Of a DNA stretch of 64,000 nt, positions 50,033-62,829 are shown in pieces. A program made the translations under genes and the position numbers. The DNA is taken from NCBI RefSeq assembly GCF_018350175.1, contig NC_058377.1, forward strand, positions 101,122,001 through 101,186,000. The letters are read 5' to 3'. Numbering within the stretch: position 1 is the stretch's first letter; each line of letters begins with the position of its first letter. This DNA comes from Felis catus (taxonomy: Eukaryota). Below the pieces are notes generated by a model. The model worked only from the letters and a program-made list of their open reading frames with translations, had not been told where the DNA came from and made no database searches.

Positions 50033-52950
50033 GCTTGACTTCCTTCTTGTTTATTTGGATGATTTTCTTTCTTTTTGCTGTCTGATTGCTGAGGTTAGGA
50101 CTTCCAACACTATGTTGAATAACAGTGGTGAGACCGGAAATCCCTTCCTGTTCCCAACCTTAAGGGGAGAGCTCTCAGTTTTTCCTCATTGAGGATGATA
50201 TTAGCTGTGGGTCTTTCATATATGGCCTTTATGATCTTGAGGTATGTTCCTTCTATCCTTTACTTTCTTGAGGATTTTCATCAAGAACGAGTGCTGTATT
50301 TTGTCACATGCTTTTTCTGCATCTATTGAGAGAATCATGTGATTCTTATCTTTTCTTTTACTAATATAATGTATCACATTGATTAATTTGCAGATATTGG
50401 ACCAGCCTTGCATCACAGGAAGAAATCCCACTTGATCTTCGTGAATAATTCTTTTAATGTATTTTTGGATCTGGTTTGCTAGTATCTTATTGAGAAATTT
50501 TGCATCCATGTTCATCGGGGAAGTTGGTTTGTAGTTCTCCTTTTCAGTGGGATATTTGTCTGCTTTAGGGATCAAGGTAACGCTGGCCTCATGAAATGAG
50601 TTTGGAAGTTTTCCTTCCATTTCTATTTTTTGGAACAGCTTCAAAAGAATAGCTGTTAACTGTTCTCTAAATGTTTGGTAGAATTCCCCTGGAAAGCAGT
50701 TCATCCCTGGACTCTTGATTTTTGATTACTGATTCAATTTCTTTACTGGTTATGGATCTGTTAAAATTTTCTTTTTTAAAAAATGTTTTAATGTTTATTT
50801 ATTTTTGAGAGAGACAGAGACAGAGCATGAGTCGGGGAGGGGCAGAGAGAGGGAGACACAGAATCCGAAGCAGGTTCCAGGCTCTGGAGCTGTCAGCACA
50901 GAGCCCGGCATGGGCCGTGGGATCCCACGGACAGTGGGATCATAAACCCACGGACCGTGGGATCATGACCTGAGCTGAAGCCGGATGCTTAACCAACTGA
51001 GCCACCCAGGCCCCCTGTTTATATTTTCTATTTCTTCCTGTTTCAGTTTTGGTAGTGTATATGTTTCTGTGAATATGTCCATTTCTTCTCGATTGCCCAA
51101 TTTGTTGGCATATAATTGCTCATAATATTCTCTTATTATTGTTTGCATTTCTGTGGCATTGGTTGTGATCTCCTTTCATTCGTGATTTGATTTATTTGGA
51201 TCCTTTGCTCTTCCTTTTTGATCAGTCTGGACAGGGGTTTTATCAATTCTGTTAATTCTTTCAAAGAACCAGCTTCTGCTTTCATTGATTGATCCTACTG
51301 TTTTCTGTGTTTTGTTTTATTCAAACATTAACTCCTACTCTAAACTTTATTAATTTCCCTGCTTCTGCTACTTTTGGGCTTTATTTGCTGTTCTTTTTTC
51401 CAGCTCTTTCAGGTGTAAGTTTAGGTTATGTATTTGAGAACTTTCTTCCTTCTTTATGAAGGCTGTTTTGCTATACACTTCCTTCTTATGACCACCTTTG
51501 CTGCATCACAGAGGTTTTGGAATGCCGTGTTTTCATTTTCATTGGCTTCCATGTGCTTTTCAATCTCTTCTTTAATTTCTTGGTTAATTCATTCTTTAGT
51601 AAGATGTGCTTTAATCCAAGTATTCATGGTCTTACCAATTTTTTTCTTGTGGTTGATTTTGAGTTTCATAGTGTTGTGGTCTGAATACGCAAGGTATGAT
51701 CTTGACATTTTTGTGCTTGTTGGGAGCTGAATTTTTGACCCAGTATTTGATGTATTCTGCAAATGTCCATGTGCATTTGAGAAGAATGTGTATTCTGCTG
51801 CTTTAGACTGAAATGTTCTGAATATATCTGTTAAGTCCATCTGAACCAGTGTGTCATTCAAAGCCATTGCTTCCTTATTGATTTTCTGCTTAGGTAATCT
51901 CTCCATTGCTGTGAGTGGGTGGTTGAAATCCCCAACTATTATGGTATTATTATCAATGAGTTTCTTTATGTTTGTGATTAATTGACTTATATATTTGGAT
52001 TCTACCACATTAGGGGCATAAATCTTTACAATTGTTAGATATTCTTTGTGGACAGACCTTAATTATGATATAATGCCCTTCTTCACCTCCTGTTACAGTC
52101 TTTATTTTAAATCTAATTTGTCTAACATAAGTAAGGTTAGTCCAGCTTTCTTTTGGTGACCATTAGTATGATAGATGGTTCTCCATCCCCCTACTTTCAA
52201 TCTGGAGGTGTGTTTAAGTCTAAAATGAGTCTCTTGTGATCAGTATATAGATGGGTCTTGTTTTCTTATCCATTTTGTTACCCTGTGTCTTTTGATTGGA
52301 ACATTTAGTACATTTACATTTAGAGTGAGTACTGAAAGATATAAATTTAGTGCTATTGTGCTGCCTGTAGAATTGGGTTTTTTGGTGAAGTTCTCTGGTT
52401 CTTTCCAGTCTTGGTTGCTTTTGGTCTTTTTTGTTTTGTTTTGTTTTTTTCTCCACTCAAAGAATCCCCCTTAAAATTTCTTGCAGAGCTGGTCTAGTGG
52501 TCATGAACTCCTTTAATTTTGGTTTGTCTGGGAAACTCTTTATCTCTCCTTCTATTTGGAATGACAGGCTTGCTAGATAAGGAATTCTTGGCTGCATGTT
52601 TTTCCAATTCAGCATGTTGAATACATCCTGCCACGCCTTTCCCACCTGGCAAGTTTCTGTGGATAGGTCTGCTGGGAGCCTAATATGTCTTCCCTGTTTG
52701 GTTAAGGACTTTTTTTTTTTCCCTTGATGCTTTTAACATCCTTTCCTGGTCTGTGTATTTTGTGATATGCCTTGGTGATGGTTGGTTTTTGTTAAATCTA
52801 ATGGGAATTCTCTGGGCTTCTTGGATTTTGATGTCTGTGTCCTTCCCCATATTAGGAAAGCTATCCACTATGATTTGCTCACAAAAACCTTCTACCTCTT
52901 TTGTTCTTTATTCATCTTCTGGGGCTCCCATATTGGGATTTTATTCCTTT
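50033..52950 (-). mobile_element. Carnivore L1 internal fragment (ORF1 C-terminal half, ORF2 endonuclease and start of RT), decayed
   Basis: ORF remnants: IQEAQRIP and QPRIPYLASLSFQIEGEIKSF (ORF1); IIVGDFNHPLTAM..DLTDIFRTF..YTFFS (EN); [47 protein letters not shown] (RT). Many stops and frameshifts. Confidence 0.95.
50773..51014 (-). mobile_element. CanSINE inserted in L1 ORF2, with internal duplication
   Basis: cccacggac(a/c)gtgggatcat occurs twice; flanks ctgtt.a.attttct. Confidence 0.9.
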
Positions 52951-53313
52951 ATACACACACACACATACACAGAGGGAGAGAGAGTCATGTGCAAATAATT
53001 AATAGGGCCTTTATGGCTTATTTTTTATATTAAAAAATTATACACCTAAGTATGAGTTATGCCTGTACAAATATAAAGAAATACATGTTTCTTAGGTGAC
53101 GTAGTTAGGACAGCATTACTGTGAAATGTTAATAACACAGGGATTTGAGAAAACAAATGATAAGTAAATATAACACAATATCTCACTCCTAAAATAAATA
53201 TTGGAGTGTTTTGATTAGCCCTCAGAATACAAGCCAAAAAGAGAAAAATAAAGTATTAAGACTTATAAATTTCAATAATATGTTTCATTCGTTTAAAAAA
53301 TTAGTCTCTATTT

Positions 53314-53572
53314 GGTGCCTGGGTGGCTCGGTTGGTTAAGAATCTGACTTTGGCTCAGGTCATGATATCACGGTTAGTGGGTTTGGGTCCCACATCAGGT
53401 GAGCTCGAGCCCCTTTGGGTGAACAGGAGCCCCACTTCGAGTAAAAATGTGAGCTCCACTTTGAGTGAGCCCCGTTTCTCTCTTTTTCTCCTTCTCTCTC
53501 TGCCCACCATGGAATTCTCGCTCTCCTCTCTCTGCCCCCTCACTCCCTTGCGCCCTCTCTCCCCCCAAAAAA
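53314..53572 (+). mobile_element. Atypical CanSINE with internal tandem repeats; truncated SINE head at 53632-53722
   Basis: Normal head, then repeated gagcccc.ctt.g.gt.a units, CT tract, short A tail. Confidence 0.8.
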
Positions 53573-54266
53573 ATCTTTATTTCATTACTAGGTATATATA
53601 TATTACACATATCAGAAAGTATTATATTCTTGGGGTGCTTGGGTGGCTCAGTTGGTTAAGCGTCCAACTTTGGGTCAGGTCATTATTTCACCTTCCTGAG
53701 TTCAAGCCATGCATCGGGCTCCTAATTTTACATCAGGTACTGCTACCAACAGAAAAGGTTGCTCAGCATTAGTTTCATTTATGCATTTCAATTTAAACTT
53801 CAATGGGATAACACCATAAACCAAGGGTAATATCTAGTTGTTGGTGAGTATATGGAGGAATGAAAACTCATACATTGTTGGTGGAAAATTAAAATGGTAT
53901 AAATATTTAAAAAACATCTGGTTTAAGATTCACCATCTTAGAAAGTAAAAAGGCAGCTAATATATTTAGGCCTTCCACTGCCATGTGAGAGAGAAAAGAC
54001 ATCACATTCCATTGCAAATATTCTATGTGAATGTCCACAGAAAGCTTATTTATAATAGTTAGACTGGAAATAATTCAAATGTTCTTCCACTTGAGAAAGG
54101 ATAAACAAATTATGGAATATCCAAGCAAATGAATACCTTTCAGCTATAAAAAGCAATAAATTATTGGTATGCACAAAAATATGGATGACTCTCAAAATTA
54201 TTATGCAGAGTAAAGGAGATCAGACTTAAAAGTGTAAACAATATAACATTAAATTTTTAAAAATTT

Positions 54267-55484
54267 AAAAATCTCAAATGCAGATTCATCTAAAGTTGCA
54301 CAAAACAGATAATATGACAAATTCCAAACAGTGCAAGGAAATGGCATAAGAGGCATAAAGCTTGGAAAGGAAGAAACGAGACCCTCTGTAGTACAAATGG
54401 CATGTTGTCCAATAGAAAACCTCAAGGAATCCCCCCACCAAAATATGAGTTCAGCAAGATCACAGGATTCCATGAAAGCACAAAGATAAAAGATCAACAT
54501 ACAAATATATTGTAGAAACCAAAATTTTAAAATACCATTTATAATCACACAAGTATAATGAAATATACTCACAGTGAAACTCAGAAAACATGTGCAGGAT
54601 CTGTATGCTGAAAAGTATGCTGATTAAGGAAACCACAGAATATCTGAATAAATGGCAGGATGTACTGAGTTCATAGATTAGAAGACTCAACCAAAGATAT
54701 CAATACTTCCCAGACAGATTTATAGGCAATACAATGCAAACAAAATCCCAGCAAGATATTTTATAGATATGGTTGAGTTTATACTAAAATGTAATGAACG
54801 GTCAGGGACTTGGCATAGCTGAAATACCTGAAAACATGTAGAATAACATGGAAGAAACTCTCTGCTCCATGTTAAGGCTTACCATATAATATTCAAAACT
54901 GTATACCATTGGTGTAAAGAAAGACTTATAAAGCAATGGAACAGAATAGACTTACAACCTTATAACTTATAACCTTTATAAAAGGTACAACAAATTTTTC
55001 ATGGAAGTACAAAGTTAATTCCGTAGAAGATGGGTAACACTTTTAAAAAAAATCATTCTGGAATCATTGAATATCTGCAGACAAAAACAAACAAACAAAC
55101 AATGTTGACCTAAATCTTATACAAAGTATACTCCCAAATGGATAACAACTTTATTGTAAAACTATGATATGCTTAGACAAAAGTGTAGGGACAAATCTCT
55201 ACAGGACCTAAGAGCAGGCAAAGAATTTAGAGACAGGACATCAAGAGCATAATATGCACAGGTATACATTGATAAAGTGGAAAATCAGTGATCTTGCTGA
55301 ACTCATATTTTGGTGGGGGGATTCCTTGAGGTTTTCTATTCGGCAACATGCCATTTGTACTACAGAGGGTCTCGTTTCTTCCTTTCCAAGCTCTATGCCT
55401 CTTATGCCATTTCCTTGCACTGTTTGGAATTTGTCATATTATCTGTTTTGTGCAACTTTAGATGAATCTGCATTTGAGATTTTT
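54267..55484. repeat. 197-bp inverted duplication (arms 54267-54463 and 55288-55484)
   Basis: Arms are reverse complements with about 3 mismatches by eye; the ORF track shows near-identical peptides on opposite strands. Confidence 0.97.
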
Positions 55485-56210
55485 CTTGATAAAGTAAAAA
55501 TCAAACTTGAAACAACCTACTCATCACGTCTTAGAAATGATTCCTAAAGAATCAAAATGTATGTTCACACAATCAGCTTAAGAAAATGTTTACAGAATTT
55601 ATATTCATAAGTGTTGAAAACTGGGAAGATCCCAGATGTCTTTCAATGACGAAAGAGTTGAACAAGTTGTACCAGAAATACCATGGAATGCCATTCAGCC
55701 ACCTTAAAGAAAAGGGTATCCACACACAAAAACGAGGATGGACCTCAAGAGAGTGAAGCTATCCCAAAAGATTACAAATTGTGGACTATTTATAAAACCT
55801 TGTTCAAGTGACAAAATTATGCTGATGCAAAAAAGATTAGTGGTCACCAATGGTTAGGAACAGTTGCCCAAGAGGTGGGAAGACAGTGTAGCTTTAAAGG
55901 GATAGCAAAAGAAAAATTTGGGGGGACAGAATAGTTCTACAATTTGACTGTGGTGGTGGTTGAAACGATGCAAAAATGGGATAAAACGCAGAGCAGTAAG
56001 GTTTACCAATACATGAGAGAATAACCCCAAACTGGTGAAATCTGAACAATGTGTGTTGTACCAATGTCAATTTCCTAGTCATGAAATCATACTACAGTGT
56101 AGCAAGACGAACTCTTCGGGGAACTGGGTGTAGATTACACAAGACGTCTCTGCATGCTTTTTTTTTTTTTTACAACTTCCTGTCAATTTATAATTATTTG
56201 AACACAAAAA
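54280..56210 (+). mobile_element. Ancient L1 ORF2/3' end containing an inverted templated insertion
   Basis: ttggaaaggaagaaa..tagaaaacctcaaggaatc..gagttcagcaag; cccagatgtctttcaatg; tgtaccaatgtcaatttcct. Confidence 0.7.
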
Positions 56211-56772
56211 GTTTTTGAAGATGGCAAATTGAAGTTGACTTGGTGGATTAAGAGGCAGGAAGAGTAGAACGGGTTTAACATGTGCGAACGCTAAGACTTC
56301 TGAAGCGATGGACATGTTTGTTGCCTTGAAAGTTTTTACAGCTCCATCGATATATACATATGCAAAGCTTATCAAATTTTGTGCTGTATATATGTGCACA
56401 TATATGTGTATATATATATGTGTATATATATATACACATATATATACATGTACGTGTATGTGTATATAAGCTTATTCTATATCCAAAAACAAAGGAAAAT
56501 TGACAATAGAAAATTGACAATTGACAATAGAAAGTAGTAGACCAGTACTACTTAAATGAAATGTTTGCTATTGGGTAACTTGAAAATAAAAGGGAAGACA
56601 CAGTCTAATAAATTACATGAAAGATACTTATAATACTATAAATGCACATTTAACAAGAAGGATATAATTAGGTAACATGAAAAGGAAGAGGATCTGTCTT
56701 GCATTTATTGAAGAGTATATAGAGATAATATATCTGAAATATTTAGGAAAATTAATGAGTATATTCAACTCC

Positions 56773-56949
56773 NNNNNNNNNNNNNNNNNNNNNNNNNNNN
56801 NNNNNNNNNNNNNNNNNNNNNNNNNNNNNNNNNNNNNNNNNNNNNNNNNNNNNNNNNNNNNNNNNNNNNNNNNNNNNNNNNNNNNNNNNNNNNNNNNNNN
56901 NNNNNNNNNNNNNNNNNNNNNNNNNNNNNNNNNNNNNNNNNNNNNNNNN
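56773..56949. other. Assembly gap
   Basis: N run. Confidence 1.
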
Positions 56950-57512
56950 ATTCAGGGCTGTTCACTGAGGCCGGATACCATAATGATGTAATGGTGATAG
57001 CTGAGGGTTGGACACACGACATCTATCAATAAAACAATAAATGAAAATTGGGAAATTTGTATCATAGACTCTAATACAGAAAGAAGCACAAAGTGTCATA
57101 TCATCTGTGCACAACAAGCAATTAAAGTGACAAATGCAGCAATGAAATTTATAGAAATATAACACATATACATAGTTGCGCAAATGTAACATATGAGAGT
57201 TTTGCAAGGATAACTTGATAATCTAGGTATATATTAAATACAACAGAGCATGGTTCAAGGTAGGAAAGAAAAATTGAGATGATCTGGGCACAAAAGAATA
57301 AAATACTGCACTGTGAAATTAAAGAGAAAAACAAAATCAAAGCAGAAGTGGTAACCAGTCAGTGACGGCAACTCGCTATGCAATGAGAAGGACGCATAGC
57401 AAACTTCTGCCTTGGAAAGGATAACAATAAAAACAAAACGAAATTCAAGGAAACAACACGCCACATTTGCTTAACGTATTAATTTTATTCCATGCACAAT
57501 CTTTTTATTAAG

Positions 57513-57723
57513 TTTTTAATGTTTGTTTATTTTTGAGAGACTGAGTGAGGCAGAGCATGCAGCGGAGGGGCAGAGGGGGAGAGAGAGAGACACAGAATCC
57601 GAAGCAGGTTCCAGGCTCCTAGCTGTCAGCACAGAAGCCCATGTGGGACTCAGATGCAGAAGCTGTGAGATCATGACTTGAGCCGAAGTCGGACGCTTAA
57701 CCGACTGAGCCATCAGGTGCCCT
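57513..57723 (-). mobile_element. CanSINE
   Basis: Reverse head catcaggtgccc. Confidence 0.9.
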
Positions 57724-57874
57724 ATTCCATATATAATTTTAAAATAATTTAATAGAACAGAATTTATCAACTCTCCACTGTGTCACCAATTTGAGGAGAC
57801 CTCTATGGAAATGGAAGCCCTGATGAACCTGCCCTAAATATACGGCATTTTTATCAAGAGTCCTATGTAGTGCT

Positions 57875-58084
57875 GGGGCGCCTGGGTGGCTCAGTCCGTT
57901 AAGCATACGACTTCGGCTCAGGTTGTGATCTTGTGGCTTGTGACTTTGAGCCCCTGTTGGCCTCTGTGCTGACAGCTCAGAGCCTGGAGACTGCTTCCGG
58001 TTCTGTGTCTCCCTGTCTCTCTGCCTCTCTCTCGCTTGCACTCTCTCTCTCGAAAATAAATGAACGTTTAAAAAATTTTTAAAA
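57875..58084 (+). mobile_element. CanSINE
   Basis: TSD-like aag(a/g)gtcctatgt(a/g)gtg. Confidence 0.92.
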
Positions 58085-58134
58085 AGGGTCCTATGTGGTG
58101 TAAATGAAAAGTTAAGTAAGGGCGAAAATAGGAG

Positions 58135-58205
<71 letters not shown>

Positions 58206-58410
58206 AAAAGCTAAATAGATGATAGATGGATAAATAAGTGATTGAATATAGATGATGATGATAGATGATAGATAATGATAGAGATAATAGATGTTTGAAT
58301 ATAGATGTTGATGATAGAGAGATGGGCGATTGAATGTAAATGATGATGATGATGATAGATGATAGATAGATAGATAGATAGATAATAGGTGATAGATCAA
58401 CCGATAGATA
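58135..58410. repeat. (GAAA)n followed by degenerate (GATA)/(GAT)n
   Basis: Direct reading. Confidence 0.95.
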
Positions 58411-58520
58411 ATTTATTCTCTGGTGAATACAAATTGCCCTTGCCTGTTAATGGACAACTTCCAGACATTTTTTAATGCCCTCATATGCTTGAGCCATCAT
58501 TAAACAAATTGCTCAGCATC

Positions 58521-58628
58521 TCCTGAGGGAGAGTCTCAAAAGGTGAAGAGAACCCATAAATTGTTCTCCATATGCCATGTTAAGAAACACATATGGGAGT
58601 CAAGACAGAGGGTCCATTACAGGTAAAA
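58521..58628 (+). promoter_or_regulatory. Putative promoter / first exon of OR8K copy 3
   Basis: TCCTGAGGGA at 58521-58530, CATAAAT at 58555, donor cag|gtaaaa at 58623. Confidence 0.6.
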
Positions 58629-61060
58629 ATGACAGAAAATTTGTGTGGTATCTCATATTATCAAATATCCACGATGTTTCGGTGATGTTTGGTAAGTTCC
58701 ACTTTAACTTCGTGGCAAAGCTCTAGCAAAATGTGACCATTTCTGATTTTATTTGCTTTGCTTTCCCATAACCATAATGCCTGAGCAAGAGTAGGAATTA
58801 CCTCGTTTTTTTCCTTCTTATTAATTTTTTGAATAATTTCACATGGTGGAGAGGCTAATGCTTCTGTGACTCTTTGAAACTTCATTTTTATATAGTTATG
58901 CAATACTTCCATTTAATATGAATAGTTTTACCTCAAACGGAGAGCAATATAAAAGCAAATGGTACACAGCCGAAGAGACATGAAATTTTTTGAGTTAGCA
59001 AAATTAAGAAACTTCAGGTAGTATCTGTCATTTTGATGTCTTTCCAAATGTTTATTTAGTGACTCTGGACACTTTTTGTGATTCTCTCAAAAGTTATTTA
59101 GTATCTAATGATTGTTTAAATAAACATATCAATACAATTATCCTCTGAGGTCTTGATAAGGAAAAAAAGGGGTGGTCACCTCACAATGAGGTGTGCAAAG
59201 CCTCATTTGGACATTTGGAGACCTTTAAGTAGCAAGTTTTATAGAAATGGAATGATGTAGAGTGTTCTTCATTTTCCAGTAGGATCTGACAGAAAGCGGG
59301 AAGAATTATCTCAAAGGATATAGCTTTAAACAATTACATATCAAACATCCAACAGAGACAGTAAACTATGAAAAAGCAATGTGATTCTTTTTATAGAACT
59401 CCAAACCTAGTGAGAGGAAATGCGTTTATCTTTCTTCACCTCACAGAAAACTCGATACTCAAAAAGTACTATTTATTTTTTTAGCTTTCCATGATTGCAA
59501 AGGAAAACAAAACAAAGTGGAAAGAAACAAGCAAAACAAGCAAAACTCAAAATTTATACTGTTTGTATTGCATTTACGGAATATTTCTCTAATATTGTCT
59601 CCTACTGATACACATTATCATATTTCTGTTTATAAGAAAGGTGTGTGCATCAGAGCAGAGGAGCATATCAAGAGGTGACAAACCTAAGACTCAGGTAAGT
59701 TAAAGGGAAGTTACACATAATTACCTTTATATAGAATGTTGTGGAGTTGTATGTTTTTGCTTAGAGCTCACTCAGCGCCTTCTGACTTGACCTGTAATTT
59801 CATTGCAGACAGTATTATTTCCCTTTTCCTTTTTTAAATAGAAGCATTGATGCCCACGACTTTTTAAACCAAAAATACTTCTCTTACATTAACCTGCCAT
59901 CCACCTTCCACTCTGGAATAATTTTTTATCTGTGAGTGTTTAGGATATTTAGATACACGTCATGTGATTATATACATGTTTGTCTGCATTATGTGCTACA
60001 TCATAGTTTGAAGGTGTTTTTGTGGATTTAGTGTAGAGAAGGATTTCAAATCCCATCCAGGGACCCACATATATCTCGTCTTCAGTGTATTGTATTTTGT
60101 CTTTGAGCTATTGTGTATCACAGTGGCTTTCAACTTTTATTTTTCCTTAAAGTGTGATTTCCGCTAATCCAAAGGGAATTCTTGTGAAACTTCATTATGT
60201 CAAACCTCTGCCAGTAACCTATTCTTCCTCCAAATTTACCATGTTCCCTTATTTTCTTGCTCGAGAAAGTGCATCTGATTTGCTACATTTGAGTTAGTAT
60301 ATCTCTATTTTAATAAATGCCACAAGGGGAAGAATAACGTTTTAAGCAAGTTTATATAAGAATAACTTATCTAAAATGATACTAAAACTGATAAGAAAAT
60401 TAGAAGATAAGTAACCCAAGGAGTCACAACACGATTATTCAAATGTTGTCATGGAAGAGCGGTGAGGTATGTCTTGCTTGAACAGTTCCTCACCTCTTCC
60501 TACGATAGCCTTGACAAAGAACTTCAGTCCCAGTCCAGAGAATGCACAGGTATATAAGTCAGGAAAGTAGAAACATTTCAGGTAAGTTCCTATCACTCTT
60601 TCAAAAACACACAAACAAGCAAACAAACAAGCAAATAAAAACCCATAATGTACTTAATATTTGAGAACTATTTCCAGGTAACATAGACACATTAAAGTAT
60701 CGAAACTTCATTTATCCTATCTAAAACTCATCAAGGAAACATCAGCTTTATATATGAGAATAAAGACTTTTAGATAACTCACATTTTTTTGCCCAAATCA
60801 AATCTTTGGATATACTATAAACTGAAATACAGCTGAAAGTATATCTCCATACACGTATCTCCTGGTATGTTTCACCATGTCCCCCAAAATAATTCCCATT
60901 CTGATGTGTTACACTTTTCTTATTCATACACCTGTCAAATATCTGTCAAGTATGCTAACTTTCCAGTCAGTTTCACACGTAGGCATACCTTTCGTAGGAC
61001 CATGCTTGAGTAGTGGGCTTTATGCAATTGGGGAACTTCTGGTTTAACATTTTTATTATA

Positions 61061-61248
61061 GGGGCACCTATGCTTCAGGTGGTTAAGTGTCCAACTCCTG
61101 ATTTCGACTCAGGTCACGATCTCATGGTTTGTGGCATGGAGCCCTTCAGTGAGCTCTGCACTGACAGGGCGGAGCCTGCTTGACATTCTCTCTCTCCCGC
61201 TCTCTCTGACCCTCTCTGTCTCAAAATAAATAAGTAAACATTAAAAAA
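61061..61248 (+). mobile_element. CanSINE
   Basis: tttcgactcaggtcacgatctcatgg. Confidence 0.88.
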
Positions 61249-61584
61249 CTTATAATATATAATAGACATATGTATTAGGTCATATGATTTACGCATCTTA
61301 TAAATGTCATTTTGTGATTGTATCATATATGGTAGAAAGAATACTTTAAAGAATGGTAAAATAAACACCCATATATCTAATCCCTGAAGTTTTCATTTTT
61401 TTGTTTCCACTTTAGCATCCATACCTACTTACCTTTATGTATTTATTTTCCATCTATCAATAAATAAGTCTATTATCTATCCACCTAATTATATCACCAG
61501 GGTTTTTTTAACATTGTTACTGCTGTTATTCCTGACTGAATATTGTCATGGCCTAGATATTAGATATATTAAGATATTTAGCAG

Positions 61585-61708
61585 CTTAACTTGTGTCTAA
61601 CAATTGGAAATCAGTAGCATCCCGACTCTTGGATATGACATTCAAAATGTCTCTAGACATCGAAATATATTCTTTATGGAGTAAAATGCCTCCAGTTGAG
61701 AACCACCT
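61585..61708 (-). mobile_element. MER20 (hAT-Charlie) fragment
   Basis: aaaatgtctctagacatcgaaatat..gtaaaatgcctccagttgagaaccac resembles the MER20 terminus. Confidence 0.6.
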
Positions 61709-61902
61709 ATTTCGATTTCTTTATGCATATATAGTGGTCTATGTGGGATTTGGGTTTGTTTTCAAATATCCTAAATTGGACAGTTTGGATGTATCTTATT
61801 TATACTAGTTGGCCATACCAAGCCCTCTGTCAGGAGACAGTACATAATATATATTGACTATGATGATGTATCTATCCATAATAGATTTTCTAGTAAACTT
61901 GG

Positions 61903-62829
61903 ATGGAAAAACACAATCTGACAGTGTTTAATGAATTTATTCTCATGGGAATCACACAACGTCCTGAGCTGCAGGCTCCATTATTTGGGCTCTTCCTCAT
62001 CATCTATGTGATCTCAGTGGTGGGCAACCTGGGCCTGATCATCCTCGCCAAGGTGGACTCCAGGCTACAAACACCCATGTACTTCTTCCTCAAACACCTG
62101 GCTCTCACTGATCTGGGTTATTCAACAACTGTGGGACCCAAAATGTTAGCAAGTTTTGTTGTGGAAGAAAACACAATTTCCTATCATTTGTGTGCCACAC
62201 AGGGAGCATTCTACATTATGTTCATCGTTAGCGAGCTTTTCATTCTGTCGGCTATGTCCTATGACCGCTACGTGGCCATCTGTAATCCTCTGCTCTATCC
62301 AGTCATCATGTCACAAAGGGTGTGTCAGGTGCTGATGACAATCCTCTATCTCTACAGCACATTTATGGCTCTACTAGTCACCATAAGGATTTTTAGTTCA
62401 TCCTTCTGTGGTTACAATGTCATCAGCCATTTCTACTGTGACTGTCTTCCCTTGTTATCCTTGCTCTGCTCAAACACGCATGAAATTGAATTGATGATTT
62501 TGGCTTTCTCAGTTTTCAATTTGATGTCCTCCCTTCTGATGGTTGTTGTGTCTTACCTGCTGATCCTACTAGCCATAGTCAGGATGAACTCAGCTGAGGG
62601 TAGGCACAAAGCCTTTTCTACATGTGGGTCCCACCTGACAGTGGCCACAGTGTTTTATGGGACTATGATATTTATGTATGCACAACCTGAGTCCAGTCAT
62701 TCCTTTGACACTGATAAAATGGCGTCCATATTTTACACCCTTGTTATCCCCATGTTGAATCCCATGATCTATAGTCTGAGGAACAAAGACGTAAAATGTG
62801 CTTTCCATAGGATATGGAAAAAGTTATGA
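61903..62829 (+). CDS. OR8K3: Olfactory receptor, OR8K3-like (copy 3)
   Basis: 308-aa 7TM ORF: [73 protein letters not shown]. Closest of the three copies to human OR8K3 as recalled. Confidence 0.92.
   Translation: MEKHNLTVFNEFILMGITQRPELQAPLFGLFLIIYVISVVGNLGLIILAKVDSRLQTPMYFFLKHLALTDLGYSTTVGPKMLASFVVEENTISYHLCATQGAFYIMFIVSELFILSAMSYDRYVAICNPLLYPVIMSQRVCQVLMTILYLYSTFMALLVTIRIFSSSFCGYNVISHFYCDCLPLLSLLCSNTHEIELMILAFSVFNLMSSLLMVVVSYLLILLAIVRMNSAEGRHKAFSTCGSHLTVATVFYGTMIFMYAQPESSHSFDTDKMASIFYTLVIPMLNPMIYSLRNKDVKCAFHRIWKKL

Noticed and set aside
50216-52868. Reverse transcriptase/endonuclease ORFs as an active or domesticated element
   Set aside because: Fragmented by stops, frameshifts and a SINE; an ordinary dead L1.
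54249-55547. Two near-identical ~100-aa ORFs on opposite strands
   Set aside because: By-product of the inverted duplication of antisense L1 sequence; no coding evidence.
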